A stretch of 64,000 nt of DNA from positions 32,001 to 96,000 of the IMG/VR virus record IMGVR_UViG_3300032335_000777; one strand, 5' to 3'. This document shows positions 19,201 through 27,025 of this stretch, in pieces; position 1 is the stretch's first letter, and each line of letters begins with the position of its first letter. A program made the translations under genes and the position numbers. Source of the stretch: a virus. Its lineage: Duplodnaviria > Caudoviricetes. The notes beneath the pieces were generated by a model that did not search any database, was not told where the DNA came from, and saw only the letters and a list, made by a program, of their open reading frames with translations.

Positions 19201-21750
19201 ATTAAATTGTTCAGGAGAGAAGAACGTAGCAGTACCATCAGGTAGTTGCACTTCAAACTCTCCACCAAGTGTACTGGATAATACAGTGAACTTTGGTGCA
19301 AGAACGATCTTTCCTTTTTCTAAAGTGATGGGTTCAGCAAGAGAATAGGTTTTGCCCAATTCTAAAGTTTTCTGAACTTTCTTTCTACCTTCTTTTTGAG
19401 AAACTTCTACATCTTGGATTTCTTCCTCTGGACGTTCGTAGTTTAATGGATCATTCTTAATACTATCGTATTCTCCAATAAACATCTTTCTTCTTAGAGA
19501 TAGCTCAATAACATCGTCTAGAGTGCCTTTGAGTTCATCCTTAACATCAGATGTCACACTCATTGAGTTAATTGTTTCTAGAGCTTCTTTGGTAGCTTCA
19601 GCGTTTGGTTTACCTGTCTCAATAATGTCTTGGAGAATTGCTTGTGTATTAATACCAGCAGTGGTCAACTTAACATTCAGTTCAGGAATCCTTACATCAT
19701 AGTTTGCAATTTTAGTACTTGCATAAGCAAGCATGTCAATTGCAAAAGGAGAATACTTTCTTTTTTGTTCACCATCAACTTCTATAGTCTCACCAGCATA
19801 TCTAATGTTCAAAGCCTGATACATATCACTGAGAGCCTTTGCAGAGTTCTCAATGCTAGTGATTCTTTTCTGGAAGGTTTCAACAGTATCGTTGATGTTT
19901 GCCATTCCTTGTTCCTTAAGTTCAGTGAGACCTTGTTCAGTCAATCCACCTTTCTTAAGTTCATCCAGATCTTCCATCACCATATCAAATCTTCCGTATT
20001 TGATACGTGGTGCTAGATAGTTATACATCTGGTCACTGTACAAGTCACGCTCTTCTAATCTATCACCATTGATGATTGCGTCTCTATGTTGTTGTTGTAA
20101 TACAACGCCTCTGTTAGCAGCAGCAAGTCTATCTTCAAATGCTTCTTTGAACGATGGTGCATTATTCATCATGTTCAAAAAGATCTCTGTATTCTTTGCC
20201 AGAGCTTTTCTTTCTCGATAGGTACCTCTTGCTTGCATCAAGCCACCAGTGATTCCTCCAAGAATACCACTCTCAATACCTTCTTTAGATACAAGAGCAC
20301 CTACGCCTTCTCCAAATTTATCTTTACCAAACAATCCATACAAGAAGCCATCTACAAATAGATCAGCTTCTCCACCTTCTTGAGCCTTCTTAAAATAGTT
20401 TTGTGTACCTACTTGCAATCCATATTGTAAAATCTCTTGAGCTGATTCTTTTGGATCAAACACATAAACCCCACTTCTTTTTACACCTTGATAAAGTTTA
20501 CCAAATCTAGTTTTTGGTCCAGCTTTGGCTACATACTTTCCTGTCTCATCAATTACAAAATCATCAACTCTTCCTAGCAAACTGTTTGCAGCTTGTCTAC
20601 TTGCTGAATAGCTTGATCCCATCAAGTATGGAAGTTGTGAATATTCTGTAATAGACAACAATGCCATGTTGCCAAAGAAAGCAGTTTTACCAACTCTCTC
20701 AGCTTCAACATTTATATTTTTTAAGTCTTCACCAATTGGAGCAAATCCATTTTTTTTAGTGTACTCTTCAATTAAATTTTCTCTAAATTCTTTAGATGTA
20801 TGCAAAGCTTCGAACGATGCTTCACCAGCAGATGAATTAATTGCTACAGCAGTTCTTCTGAAATTATCACCAAACTTTGCAAACTGTGTAGTTTGTTTAG
20901 CCAGGTTAGCCAAAGCAGAAGATCTTGCAGACAAATCTGCTATAGATGAAATCTGACTTTCTAATATAGATGCAGCCTCTACATTTTTAGCAGCTGAGAA
21001 TGCTCTTGATGTGTTTCTTAGAAGTGGTGTAAAAAGTTTAAATCCTTGTGAAGCTTCAGCAATAGTTGCAGCTCTAGCAGCTGCGCTACCTATTGTTGAA
21101 CCAAGTCTTAAAAGTCCAGCATTTGCAATGTTACCAGTAACCATTGCCCCCACTGCAAATCCAGCATTCTTGATTAACTTATCAAAAAGAAAGTTGGTTG
21201 TAAACCAGTTATCTGTAGAATACCACTCAGAATTTTTCTCAGCAGCTGTATAATAGTTTGGAAGAAACTCATTATCAACTTTAGTATTCCACTTATCCAA
21301 TCCACGCATTACTTCATTGTCAAATACATCAGACATTTTCTGTGTAAATAACAATGACTTACCAACACCATATAGCATACCAAATCCACCAGCTACTGTA
21401 GTGGCTGCAAGGTTTGCTCCTTTCAATACACCATTGGCAGCTTGCTTATACCAAGCTTGCCCTTGTGCAGCAAAGTCTTCGTAGTCTCCAATTGTAGGAT
21501 TGAAAGTTTTGTATCTCTTATTTGCTTCAAGTTCTGCATTGCTAACAAACAATCCCTTTTGAGAAAACTTTTGTCCAGCAGCTGCTAGTTCAGCAAATAC
21601 ATCTTCCTTCTGAGAAAGATCTGAAACTCCACCACCTTGTCCAGAACTAAAGTTCATTGGAGGATCCTTTGGTGCAACTAGTGGAATATTAGAAGATTTG
21701 TAACCTGTTTCTTTAATGATGGGTTGTAAGTTTCTATCAAAATCAGCCAT
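7273..21750 (-). CDS. Virion-packaged RNA polymerase polyprotein (4825 aa), crAss-like, with C-terminal macro-like and SF1B helicase domains
   Basis: GARIPHQ (about 12775-12795) and KAGSDFDIDKL (DxDxD at 12655-12672) are double-psi-barrel RNAP motifs. HEVFE zincin-like motif at 16759-16773. Helicase motifs GAAGTGKT, DEVSM, GDVMQ, HKSQGST and YVGISRA. Confidence 0.9.
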   Translation of the reverse strand: MADFDRNLQPIIKETGYKSSNIPLVAPKDPPMNFSSGQGGGVSDLSQKEDVFAELAAAGQKFSQKGLFVSNAELEANKRYKTFNPTIGDYEDFAAQGQAWYKQAANGVLKGANLAATTVAGGFGMLYGVGKSLLFTQKMSDVFDNEVMRGLDKWNTKVDNEFLPNYYTAAEKNSEWYSTDNWFTTNFLFDKLIKNAGFAVGAMVTGNIANAGLLRLGSTIGSAAARAATIAEASQGFKLFTPLLRNTSRAFSAAKNVEAASILESQISSIADLSARSSALANLAKQTTQFAKFGDNFRRTAVAINSSAGEASFEALHTSKEFRENLIEEYTKKNGFAPIGEDLKNINVEAERVGKTAFFGNMALLSITEYSQLPYLMGSSYSASRQAANSLLGRVDDFVIDETGKYVAKAGPKTRFGKLYQGVKRSGVYVFDPKESAQEILQYGLQVGTQNYFKKAQEGGEADLFVDGFLYGLFGKDKFGEGVGALVSKEGIESGILGGITGGLMQARGTYRERKALAKNTEIFLNMMNNAPSFKEAFEDRLAAANRGVVLQQQHRDAIINGDRLEERDLYSDQMYNYLAPRIKYGRFDMVMEDLDELKKGGLTEQGLTELKEQGMANINDTVETFQKRITSIENSAKALSDMYQALNIRYAGETIEVDGEQKRKYSPFAIDMLAYASTKIANYDVRIPELNVKLTTAGINTQAILQDIIETGKPNAEATKEALETINSMSVTSDVKDELKGTLDDVIELSLRRKMFIGEYDSIKNDPLNYERPEEEIQDVEVSQKEGRKKVQKTLELGKTYSLAEPITLEKGKIVLAPKFTVLSSTLGGEFEVQLPDGTATFFSPEQFNKYNITEEDNTSQELEDALNQSIDDVLQYPAFRDIYEKPGEGVNKLEYINSLGDKKISAAVINRFKRLTKELLEKQAKAKEIADKIKESSSSLDKQQEDISDNEPFPVGTLPEDVGERVDTGETGRMKSAIDFFDSSITESEEFADTSKSEPHVTRSRIFLNKIRKFKNRNKLRAIVFTYSQEESLGLSGITALSYKMTQEQVDADKAAFESRVMNEDNGFVAMVFVEIDGKKRYFVDQDGKRIGEVGQPTDLGKVIFQTMPSTSITDSRGNDRYRTNEKDDFVKFAKIWRNRRVELMKPSTVPPTLEFRVSAGFANTKKEGGVYKKNPVTSSLVDETAIATIPGLINVVTTDTISYNGKIVNSKKGLVYIQNGDLLQYLNNNKLGKKKAATAYELIKSIITKLEKDASEGKAPQFDKNKLLFLKNVLNYKKITENAKDNQFWFDTENLTLKLGSQSYKFSEIASKEQEIVAQLSEMYHSANAKTLRLESPFFEYFLEDGKLQEREWPNYQSYLASGKDRTTDEIPFVTIANPTEAQPYAFAGKYATLINFETGDEGYVPSEKEQDPPSPSSSGAPVRPSDIIESDVPVTVGPYTLNDGTVNTVTMFGGEFSFKANILPSGEIEIDAISPETNAETIQKFADNPKKIEVARKKYPTATEGLNDFDAATVFYIGEAASKVEAAINEAPAPAPVAPEAPVSETTEPTIEESAPTEAPAPVEKEAPKEKKGLSGFKSGVKDEETRKVRTGERGGRISDRDIEAFKAWHAKNVPNIPFEILENIITLHDGSKAWGVFEGGVAKFFRRGLSGTEYHEVFEGVWKAFLTEGERQAILDEFKSKRGSFLDRESGQLVAYSNATDRQAKERIADDFADYRLGKLPARTLSEKIRNFFKAIVDFFKSFVAKPSLKDDLFKSIDTGKFKDYVVSEEAKSAAPEYRKISIADGSVLSEDEAWAIVQDMTITMSEYIFNRNNTDGLEKLFNPRSVTGKEVYNFLRSEYTDNIELLGEEAFKDLFLRSKDLIRTMGINIDTEGVVSTNDASQTDRLYAAEAFEIDFKKNMRFSVKFVLASNPAAETVYPEGTAPKLLRSKSVKGLSLLNNFNKTFATLLNKLSNTSLAKVDQKIIDLVKEDGNYYRIFNRLGGDAKNGILDYSKFEEADWRFYIQFIQSMSKSNPFVEIAIQREGDGGVESFTAPGDRTSALNKTRNEWFQNIKQLSKSETSFIFKKKGDKGITLYAINKDQKEYPTKEGLLKPQAVQNYLKNIGIEFPLSFIEKINNDEKLNKRFDNAVTKIYEMGPNGYASLSGDKFSGVDSHVRTLADMYVRLVNPDQDTTRFNIENKRISNFTDSNAPSVFEAEFNEAMTLDELFEARPELKDAFSKNSLLIKKGGMFYDDNGNKIEGKVLQIGVIDGLKDETTDRGLSISSLTKGDRFTVEINQNINGNYYILVPADSSTERMLNLGSMVEYELFNNDAERAFTKIKSIFKGYLEDEVDLALDWETRSKLASAKDNAKELRFFKDILDAPLVEEIHKAIKEGKSRKDILALVSDEALENSIRNTITSLNQSTLKDLINSGEVTKNSEGYRYETLDSKFAQTNELNRNSLSEDEMMQVLSFVNMNYMIANIEMHKFIFGDPYQFKIKNGKLDETKRIKSWLSPRRVTIDHPEFNKFLNNRFNDVTEDLSLEADDKFRYTFKSYVKTATLNDVNPFSKFIKKFGGYDEADGFSVIIDGAYREVKLKNGEWSNDLAEPWFQWNQAYARQKMSAKGLYEYKSEALKKHDQKLITKPQPPFVTEVLKPIVSGSKAGLNRIEGILDKFSQMPITYKMVEGTNLENLYVQMLNEKVGYVSYKSSRKEGARQGHNLYNGNGDYNNAKFGEETIENVAWKTYGIQVENSYEEGKLQTRVSQLTKNDTMDMFENGKEVEGMEGATALAEEKIKIFKEMHQNAYEEFLNKLGLEDLNGNYVVVDNVKISRELEYELLRRQVSQNVIDTIRLNENGEFNMPFEASSAYEQIRSVLISMINKSLISPQMNGKPHVQVPATLWENAKEGRKILRKTKDGYVEITRKQYDALSEQDKSSVVLSSDALKFYENEDGKRYMEVMIPNFWKKYFTDKTKFPDDKAIFEYLNKPENQKILFGVGARIPHQATSSTEVFKIAGFLDSSMGSTVVVPSEIVAKAGSDFDIDKLNMYLKSVYVDVNGNIKAVEYKGSKEATMEFYTKVYEDRIQKQLDSISRYDEFRDKVLEIFEAAETIEDPSNVTAESLETLLGEDLYNFYINHREIINEMEEQALSKGMTPADYVGDQMGRLATKFEDLSKEKFDSNLKNAYVQKMYKKSLENRYYEILQDLVTLPGNFERLMSPVSDAGLSKVADILDDATNNKEADVKNKLVSRSFMTSLRQAFLMGKKWVGIAAVNITGHAIGQKVGLYFDSRLLDKLSDYDRGFLGDLSLAIPHNTTTVDGKEMISLGGLKTADGKDEFISDRLSGYATSFVDVAKDPYILKLIQSDLVVGTAMLMERIGAGELTAYFLNQPIIIEHLKNIDKIKSRSLFGKDNLEYTYSKFPSSEDESYDLSNEFEKDVDGKIDFEKSKQNLLNLIRENANRPEGTKASAEFNAKQVAIFNEFLKLAKLAQLNFKFTQAYNYDTTRVTNYEGFKRKMTRTTSAIETNIVSSIEKVMNDTFIGEQVRLLREELKSLGAIMKLDSQGIDQYIDDVMEPFYDNEYMSEDDFNYVAKKLKSSFLDFLIQTRSTSIFPDDSKNLFTGENSVASRLLKLKKKYPTSNLLSNLVPVSSLQENGPVTVSLKVKPTDAVDVDMHIGMMRELKELEPEFYNDLVKLSILQGTMDTNLSIAPIVPVEDRAAIIAPVINVLQPSSELEAFNKEGLFYRNNFSDSTIVPEISPRYRTVDSGLGLQIDYGKTDTFLSSITNGITPGSGKLISLNNKYSFMNQANKDFVKMRRYQYVSSMTASGPKTIVVDITSGKTMLVKDFTKLSNDGILSKNEMVGYKKVKSEDGVPLTIQRKSGKSLDEFSVFKMVNLYGSSRIVTEYKKLMTPSVFDNNTFKVEKELTDNAIIAMFAGEKVVAPTVIEQPTIIEPSTGTETYSGKITSLKPNQIFVFGSNEGGSQGQAPTHGAGAAKLAKDKFGAIQGQSRGLQGQSYAIVTKKFYDVERSSTPEEITTEIKTLYDYAKNNPDKEFLVSDYSETNLNGYSGQEMAAMFANAGPIPSNIVFNENFEKLVSTGIEPVVEEEVDVVENKGITKEQLSKPYKGFKNLLWYYFAEKAKEYAPEKYDSIVNAKDYHTAYLIGADRSKAFDEGKSNTPGIQDPNDKVWNRVLSEFNESIKNVPTTPKFTYKGTTIDTDFQLTEGQRQALERLIDFSTDPGSEFITLQGAAGTGKTSIIGYLQKYLRNYKFNFLAPTHAATAELAFATVKTGNKQLPMTVASAISTKYDPTTGESTPVINAKLARRLGLSNNIIVLDEVSMLNSKDYEALVQVAPKNNIKVIFMGDVMQIPEVDVRNPEKKLVSKAFTDTGQVVLTEVKRTSSDAILNMLTNVRNNVNDQIPIVPSTDQLEYLPISKFNSKLAEVFEKNPEETVLISYTNKGVQDYNLKIRESLGRYGDLQKGDIVVGYLGYSSKQIEKQNIANSIRYTIRDVRKDGSLYSIVASSKKLKSLQDAGLSDVEEIASTNYAQLSRNDSFDFENLTEEDFQKNNEMLSKMMSRLHEAKQIALRTKSGKDWARYYDVKDGISMQLRIVDLGDTYIYNPASGVMEKYVNEQHKNIDKDLLIEKGIDFGHAVTIHKSQGSTVKNVFFDASSLPRGSSSKLMMNGKEVSTEKHSLLYVGISRASEYLGINADNPLNFYYPDGQEVAATPAPVEQKSRIIKVNQFSITIQPDGKMFYDNGKEVTDQTTKNKVSIRKELQDGTLRVSTYNNNEYFVLLDGRILGSGKTNLGKETVGDAKIKEQILDKAVLYRKTC

Positions 21751-21761
21751 TCTAGCAATGA

Positions 21762-24320
21762 TTACATGGTTCTAATAATTTTTTTAACTTCCTCTGAAAT
21801 ATTCGGAGATTGAAGATACAACTGTTTTACCTTTTCATCAGTAAGATTCCCTATAAAATTCATTCCCTCAGTTGCATCTACTGGCTGTTGAGGCTGTAAT
21901 GGATAAACTATTCCATTAGGAAGCTTTAATCTAAAAGTCAAATATTGCTTTTCTGGAGATCCTAATGAGTGCTTCATATCAGCTCTAACATTCATATTAA
22001 CTCTAGGCATATATTGACCTTGGAAATAAGCATTTTCAAAACTTCCAGTGGGATTTGTATTTCTTCCACCCATAGATTGCGCTTCTATTAGTCTTCTTAA
22101 TTGAGGGCTTGGAGAATCTTTATCAATTATTGGAAGCTGTTGTGCTTCTCTTGGATCTAAAGGTATAACAACTTCTTCATCTCCTTTGAGAATAATTAGA
22201 GAAGTTTGATCACCTTGTTCAAGTTTCTTATATTGAAGATTTGATTTATCAGAAGAATCAAACCACTGCAACACTTCTCTCGCTCTGCTACTAGAAAGTC
22301 CTTCATATCCTCCTTCCATTCCAGATAAAGAAGTATCTGCTACTTTTCTCAATAATGATGTGGATATATTTTCCCAAGTACTTCTTGCAATATTACCTTC
22401 TCCCGTTCCAAATATAATTGGAACTTCTCTAGGGATGTATTGAATAGTTTTATCACTAATTTTTTTCTCTATAAGAGAATTATATTGACCGTTATAATCT
22501 GATGTTGCTCTTCTATAAGGTGCAAAATATCCTCTTAACATTGCTTTATTGTCATACATTATCTTCTCTCTTTCTGAAAGAGGAGATAATATTTCTGTTT
22601 CTACTTTTTGACCACCAGTAGCACCTGTTCCAGATACCTGACCGCCTGTTACAGTTTCTTTTACTTTTGTTAAATACTGCGCCACTTCAAAAGGAGTGAA
22701 GAAATATTCTCTTCCTTTTATAGTTACATTTAAAGCACCAACTTCTTTAAGCTGATTACCATATTCATTTTTAATCTGTTGAAGTTCTGGAGAATTTGCA
22801 GCTTCTTCCTCAACAGTTTTTAAGAATTGTTCTTTTCTACTCAAATCACCTTTAGCAGTGATTACTGAATTTGCTAAGTCTTTCAAATCATTAGGTATAA
22901 GAGACTCATACGCAGAGACATCTCCTTTTCTATAAGCCTCCAATGCATTCAATACTTGGATTTTTTGCACCTTTGTTCCTCCTCCAGCATTTAATGCATC
23001 CACTAGTTGATTAACTTGATCTTCAACTACTCCACTTGCACTTTCAACATCTTTCAAAAGAGCAACTCTTTGATTGGGAACGTTTGTACTTTTTCCACCA
23101 TATACTTGAAATCCACCAGGTACACCAAACATTTTTGCATTTGCCTCGTCAAGTTTTAACTGATAATCTCGATCATCTTTAAATTGACTCCAAGAAAATT
23201 TATCTTGTTCAAGTGCAAGATTTGCTTGTGATAAATTGAACCTTTTAGCTTCCCACTCATCTTGTCTTATAGGATTTGTCAAAAGATTATTCTTTTGATT
23301 TTCCCAAGCATTTGAACTAGCAAACTGTTCTATTGCTCCATTTTTATAAATAATTCCCTTTGCTTCTTCTGGATTTGCTTTAATGAATTCTATCTCTTCA
23401 TTCATCTCTGCGGTTAATGTTTTATTCACTGCTTGCAAAGATTTTATTCCTTGTTCAGCTTTAACGTATTTATCAGGATCAGATTCATACATCTTTAGAG
23501 CACCTTGAAGCTCTATAATAGTTTTATTATTCTGTGCTATTGCAGATGCAGTTTTTGCTGTAGCTAATGTAGCAAGTTGTTCAGGATCAGTTATATTTCT
23601 AAACTGATATCTACCATTAATATTTAATTGTTCTAACTCATCAGGAGAAAGACTAGCTCTTAATGCATTTTGAATCTTTTCAGCACTAACGCCTTCCTTA
23701 CTAATTCTTTGCATTGCTTGTGCTGTTGCACCAACATTGAGCGTACCATCTTGATTGTATTCATATGGGATGTCTTCTTCCAAAAGATCTGAGTGTAGAG
23801 TCTTCATGACTTCTAGCCACTTCTTATCTACATCAATATACTTTCTATATCTACCACTAAAGTTTGCGCCTAAATTAGGATCGTTCAACCAATCACTTGA
23901 CTGTCTTGAAAAGTCATATTCATTTTGAATAGCAGACTCGCCTTTTTGTCTGGATTCTTCCATGAACTTTTGTTCTTTTCTGTATGCAGCAGTTGCTTGT
24001 ACAGAAGATAATACATTAGAATCTTTGGCAACACTACCAGCCATCCCTGCTACAGAATTGACTAATTGATAATTGGAGAAGTCAGCAGCTGCAACAGTCT
24101 TTAACTTAGAGCCAAGTTCATTAAGCTTTGATTGTAAATACTGTCTATCTACATCACGAGCAATATCTAATCCTGCGACTTGATCTATCTGAGATTGGAT
24201 CTTTTGCAATCCTTGGTCGTAACGCTGTTGCTTCTCCATACCAACTCTAACCATAGCCTCAACAGGAAGCTGTTGAATATATGGGTTAAACTGTGGTATT
24301 GCATCTGTAAATGAAGCCAT
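21762..24320 (-). CDS. Virion cargo/ejection protein (852 aa)
   Basis: Position immediately upstream of the vRNAP gene. N-terminus FNPYIQQLPVEAM...QQRYDQ resembles crAss-like cargo proteins. Helical/coiled-coil composition. Confidence 0.6.
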   Translation of the reverse strand: MASFTDAIPQFNPYIQQLPVEAMVRVGMEKQQRYDQGLQKIQSQIDQVAGLDIARDVDRQYLQSKLNELGSKLKTVAAADFSNYQLVNSVAGMAGSVAKDSNVLSSVQATAAYRKEQKFMEESRQKGESAIQNEYDFSRQSSDWLNDPNLGANFSGRYRKYIDVDKKWLEVMKTLHSDLLEEDIPYEYNQDGTLNVGATAQAMQRISKEGVSAEKIQNALRASLSPDELEQLNINGRYQFRNITDPEQLATLATAKTASAIAQNNKTIIELQGALKMYESDPDKYVKAEQGIKSLQAVNKTLTAEMNEEIEFIKANPEEAKGIIYKNGAIEQFASSNAWENQKNNLLTNPIRQDEWEAKRFNLSQANLALEQDKFSWSQFKDDRDYQLKLDEANAKMFGVPGGFQVYGGKSTNVPNQRVALLKDVESASGVVEDQVNQLVDALNAGGGTKVQKIQVLNALEAYRKGDVSAYESLIPNDLKDLANSVITAKGDLSRKEQFLKTVEEEAANSPELQQIKNEYGNQLKEVGALNVTIKGREYFFTPFEVAQYLTKVKETVTGGQVSGTGATGGQKVETEILSPLSEREKIMYDNKAMLRGYFAPYRRATSDYNGQYNSLIEKKISDKTIQYIPREVPIIFGTGEGNIARSTWENISTSLLRKVADTSLSGMEGGYEGLSSSRAREVLQWFDSSDKSNLQYKKLEQGDQTSLIILKGDEEVVIPLDPREAQQLPIIDKDSPSPQLRRLIEAQSMGGRNTNPTGSFENAYFQGQYMPRVNMNVRADMKHSLGSPEKQYLTFRLKLPNGIVYPLQPQQPVDATEGMNFIGNLTDEKVKQLYLQSPNISEEVKKIIRTM

Positions 24321-24336
24321 GTTATTATTGTTTTAT

Positions 24337-24344
24337 CAAATTTA
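24337..24344 (-). promoter_or_regulatory. Bacteroidota sigma70 -7 element (TAAATTTG)
   Basis: Matches TAnnTTTG in an intergenic gap, 16 nt upstream of the ATG at 24320. Confidence 0.55.
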
Positions 24345-24369
24345 GTAGTAATATATTATTCTATGCACA

Positions 24370-27024
24370 TTACATAGATTTGATTGCTTTTACAAGAGCT
24401 CCGTTTCTTTTACCACTTGATGATTTCTTAGCCATTTCTGCTGCTGTTTTTTCTTCAAGTTCTTTTTGAAGAGCCATGAGTTTATATTGGTCAGAAGTCA
24501 TATTTCCAAACGGTGTGTCAGAAGCTCCAGATCCTTGAGGAGCAAACTGAGCAAGAGGATTCATATTCATTGCTCTGAAGCGTGGATCAAATCTGTAATT
24601 GTAAAGATTCTCGTATGTCTGAAGGGCTCTGTTCTCAGCTTGATTCTGTAGATATTTAGCAGAAATAGAATTAAGAGCAGCCTGTGCTGTAGCCTTTGTA
24701 TTAGAAAGAGCTTGTTGTTGTCTTACATACTGTTCGCCAAGAATTCCAAGATTTTGAGCACCAGCTTGATTTAGAAGATTTCTATTTTCAGCAAACACCT
24801 TATCTCTCATAGATTGATTCAATCTAAACTGCTCACCAAGCACCTGTTGATTTGCTTGATACTTCTGTGCATTCAATGCAGCTAATGCAGCTGGATTATA
24901 TCCAATCATTCTTTGAGCAGCTCTGTAATCAGCTTGGTTCTTATTGATAATGTCTTGAAGAGAAATATCATAAGGTGTGCTTAATTGTGGTTGGAAAGTT
25001 TGTGCTTGTACAGGCTCTAATTGATTTTGAGCAAGAGCAAGCATCTCTCCAGATAGCTGACGTGGATCAAGAGCTTCTGCATCAGTTGGTCTCACGTAAG
25101 GTAAGATTTGATTAGCTATTGTCATCCAATCAAATTCTTCTTTAGTAGGCTTGGATTTTTGTTTAATTCCTGCCTTCTTAACACTTTCAGGAACTTTAAT
25201 TTCTAAACTTCCTGGTCCTCTTTGCATTTCTCTTTTAGCAAGTACATCAACCCCTGGTAAATCAATGTATTCTGGATAAGTCTCTAGTTGATTTTCTAAC
25301 ATATATCTAACTCCAGGTTCCAATGCTAAAGCATCTCTATATATCTTATCACTAATGTCTTCACCACCTTGAGCTTTCTTAATAGAAGCTCCTTTCTTAG
25401 CTTGCTTCACTTTACCCTGTGCTAAATCATCAGCTACAAGATTATATTCTTCAGCAGTGTCATTGATAGCAGATTGTAGATCAGCTAGTTTTATTTTCTC
25501 ATCAGCAATGTTCTTGAGCTTTTGATTTGCTCCAAGCATGTTTGCTTTGTATGATTCAAACTTGAGTAGGTCGTAAGGATTATTAACATCTAGGTTGTCA
25601 AGTTCTGTAACAGCCTTATCAATAAGTTTATTTTGTTTCTGTTCAGTTTTAGATAGGTCAGCAACATAGTTTTTAAACTTCTTACCTGCCGCTTTAGGAG
25701 CACCAATCATCTCAGCACCAAACTTTGGAACTTTTAAGTTACCATACACTGTAAGACTGTTTTCCCCATCTGATCCATTACGAAGTTGTAAAGCTGGTTC
25801 TCCTCTTTCCACTTCTACAGGACTATCACCATAAGTGATTCCAATACCTGTATTACCTTTTCCATCAGACTCATCGTGGGACTTACCTCTAAACATTACA
25901 GTTTCTCCTCCTTCAGGAAGATAAGGATTGTATGACATAGGTTCTGCATATCCACCCCAATGAGTTTCAAGATCACCACCCATAGCAAACTTATCTCTTC
26001 CTGTATACATTGCACGTTCACTAGGAGGAGTGTAACTTTTCAAATGTCCACCTGCACGTAATGTATCCATTGTTGGATCAGGTTGTAACAATTGACTCAA
26101 TTTGTAATTACCAAACTGATTAATTACTTGTGGATTTGCAATACCACCATCTCTCATATAAGAGGCGTTTGCTTGCTGAAGAGATTGTGCTCCTTGACCA
26201 AGAGCACTTGCCATTACATTTTGATCAGTTATACCTTCGTACCGTTTTGTTTTCCTAACATTTCCGCTACCTACAAGATTACCAAGAGTTTGACCAGCAA
26301 CCTTTCCAATCATTCCTCCAACTGGACCACCAAGTAATGTACCTGCTACACTTCCAATTCCAGCACCTACTCTTCCAGCACCAGTAACGCCATATCCTTT
26401 TGGACTTCCAAGTCCAGCAGTAACTTGTGCTAAAGCATCTCCACCACCTTGTTCTGCAAATTCATATACATCAGATAGTTGACCCTGGACAGCATTTTTT
26501 CCTGTTGCCATTTTCATGAAGTCAGGATTAGTTTTAAACTGTGGAAGGTTTAATCCACCTTGAGCTTCTTCTAAATCTGTGTAAATAGTATTAGGAGCAA
26601 ATGTATTTGCTATCTCTGTTCCATTCTTTGCAAGAGTGGTTCCTACACCATAAATTGGGAAGAACTCTTGTCCTGTATTAATATTATCTTCTGGACGTAC
26701 ATATTTTTTCTGAACTTGCTCAGGACGTGTCATAGAAGCTTGAAGAGAAACATCACTCACACCAGCCATTTGTTGAGCCTTTAGCATGTTTTGTTTTTCA
26801 TCCTTCATTTGTTGAATACCACCAACAACATCACCAACAGACTGAACTCCAGCAGCAAAGGCATTGCTTCCAGCAAGCTTATTCATCATTGCCATTGCTC
26901 CTCCTTGTTGGAGTTTCTTTACTTGTTTTCCATACTTAGCCATGAAAGACTCCTCTGTAGGAAACTTTTTATAAAACTCCTTCTCAGACTTAACACCTGC
27001 TATCTTTAAAATTTCAGCCTTCAT
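24370..27024 (-). CDS. Virion cargo/ejection protein with glycine-zipper membrane segment (884 aa)
   Basis: GVTGAGRVGAGIGSVAGTLLGGPVGGMIG hydrophobic Gly zipper, RGKSHDE...EVERGE motif, Gln/Ala-rich coiled coils and repeated xxGG motifs. Confidence 0.6.
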   Translation of the reverse strand: MKAEILKIAGVKSEKEFYKKFPTEESFMAKYGKQVKKLQQGGAMAMMNKLAGSNAFAAGVQSVGDVVGGIQQMKDEKQNMLKAQQMAGVSDVSLQASMTRPEQVQKKYVRPEDNINTGQEFFPIYGVGTTLAKNGTEIANTFAPNTIYTDLEEAQGGLNLPQFKTNPDFMKMATGKNAVQGQLSDVYEFAEQGGGDALAQVTAGLGSPKGYGVTGAGRVGAGIGSVAGTLLGGPVGGMIGKVAGQTLGNLVGSGNVRKTKRYEGITDQNVMASALGQGAQSLQQANASYMRDGGIANPQVINQFGNYKLSQLLQPDPTMDTLRAGGHLKSYTPPSERAMYTGRDKFAMGGDLETHWGGYAEPMSYNPYLPEGGETVMFRGKSHDESDGKGNTGIGITYGDSPVEVERGEPALQLRNGSDGENSLTVYGNLKVPKFGAEMIGAPKAAGKKFKNYVADLSKTEQKQNKLIDKAVTELDNLDVNNPYDLLKFESYKANMLGANQKLKNIADEKIKLADLQSAINDTAEEYNLVADDLAQGKVKQAKKGASIKKAQGGEDISDKIYRDALALEPGVRYMLENQLETYPEYIDLPGVDVLAKREMQRGPGSLEIKVPESVKKAGIKQKSKPTKEEFDWMTIANQILPYVRPTDAEALDPRQLSGEMLALAQNQLEPVQAQTFQPQLSTPYDISLQDIINKNQADYRAAQRMIGYNPAALAALNAQKYQANQQVLGEQFRLNQSMRDKVFAENRNLLNQAGAQNLGILGEQYVRQQQALSNTKATAQAALNSISAKYLQNQAENRALQTYENLYNYRFDPRFRAMNMNPLAQFAPQGSGASDTPFGNMTSDQYKLMALQKELEEKTAAEMAKKSSSGKRNGALVKAIKSM

Positions 27025-27025
27025 A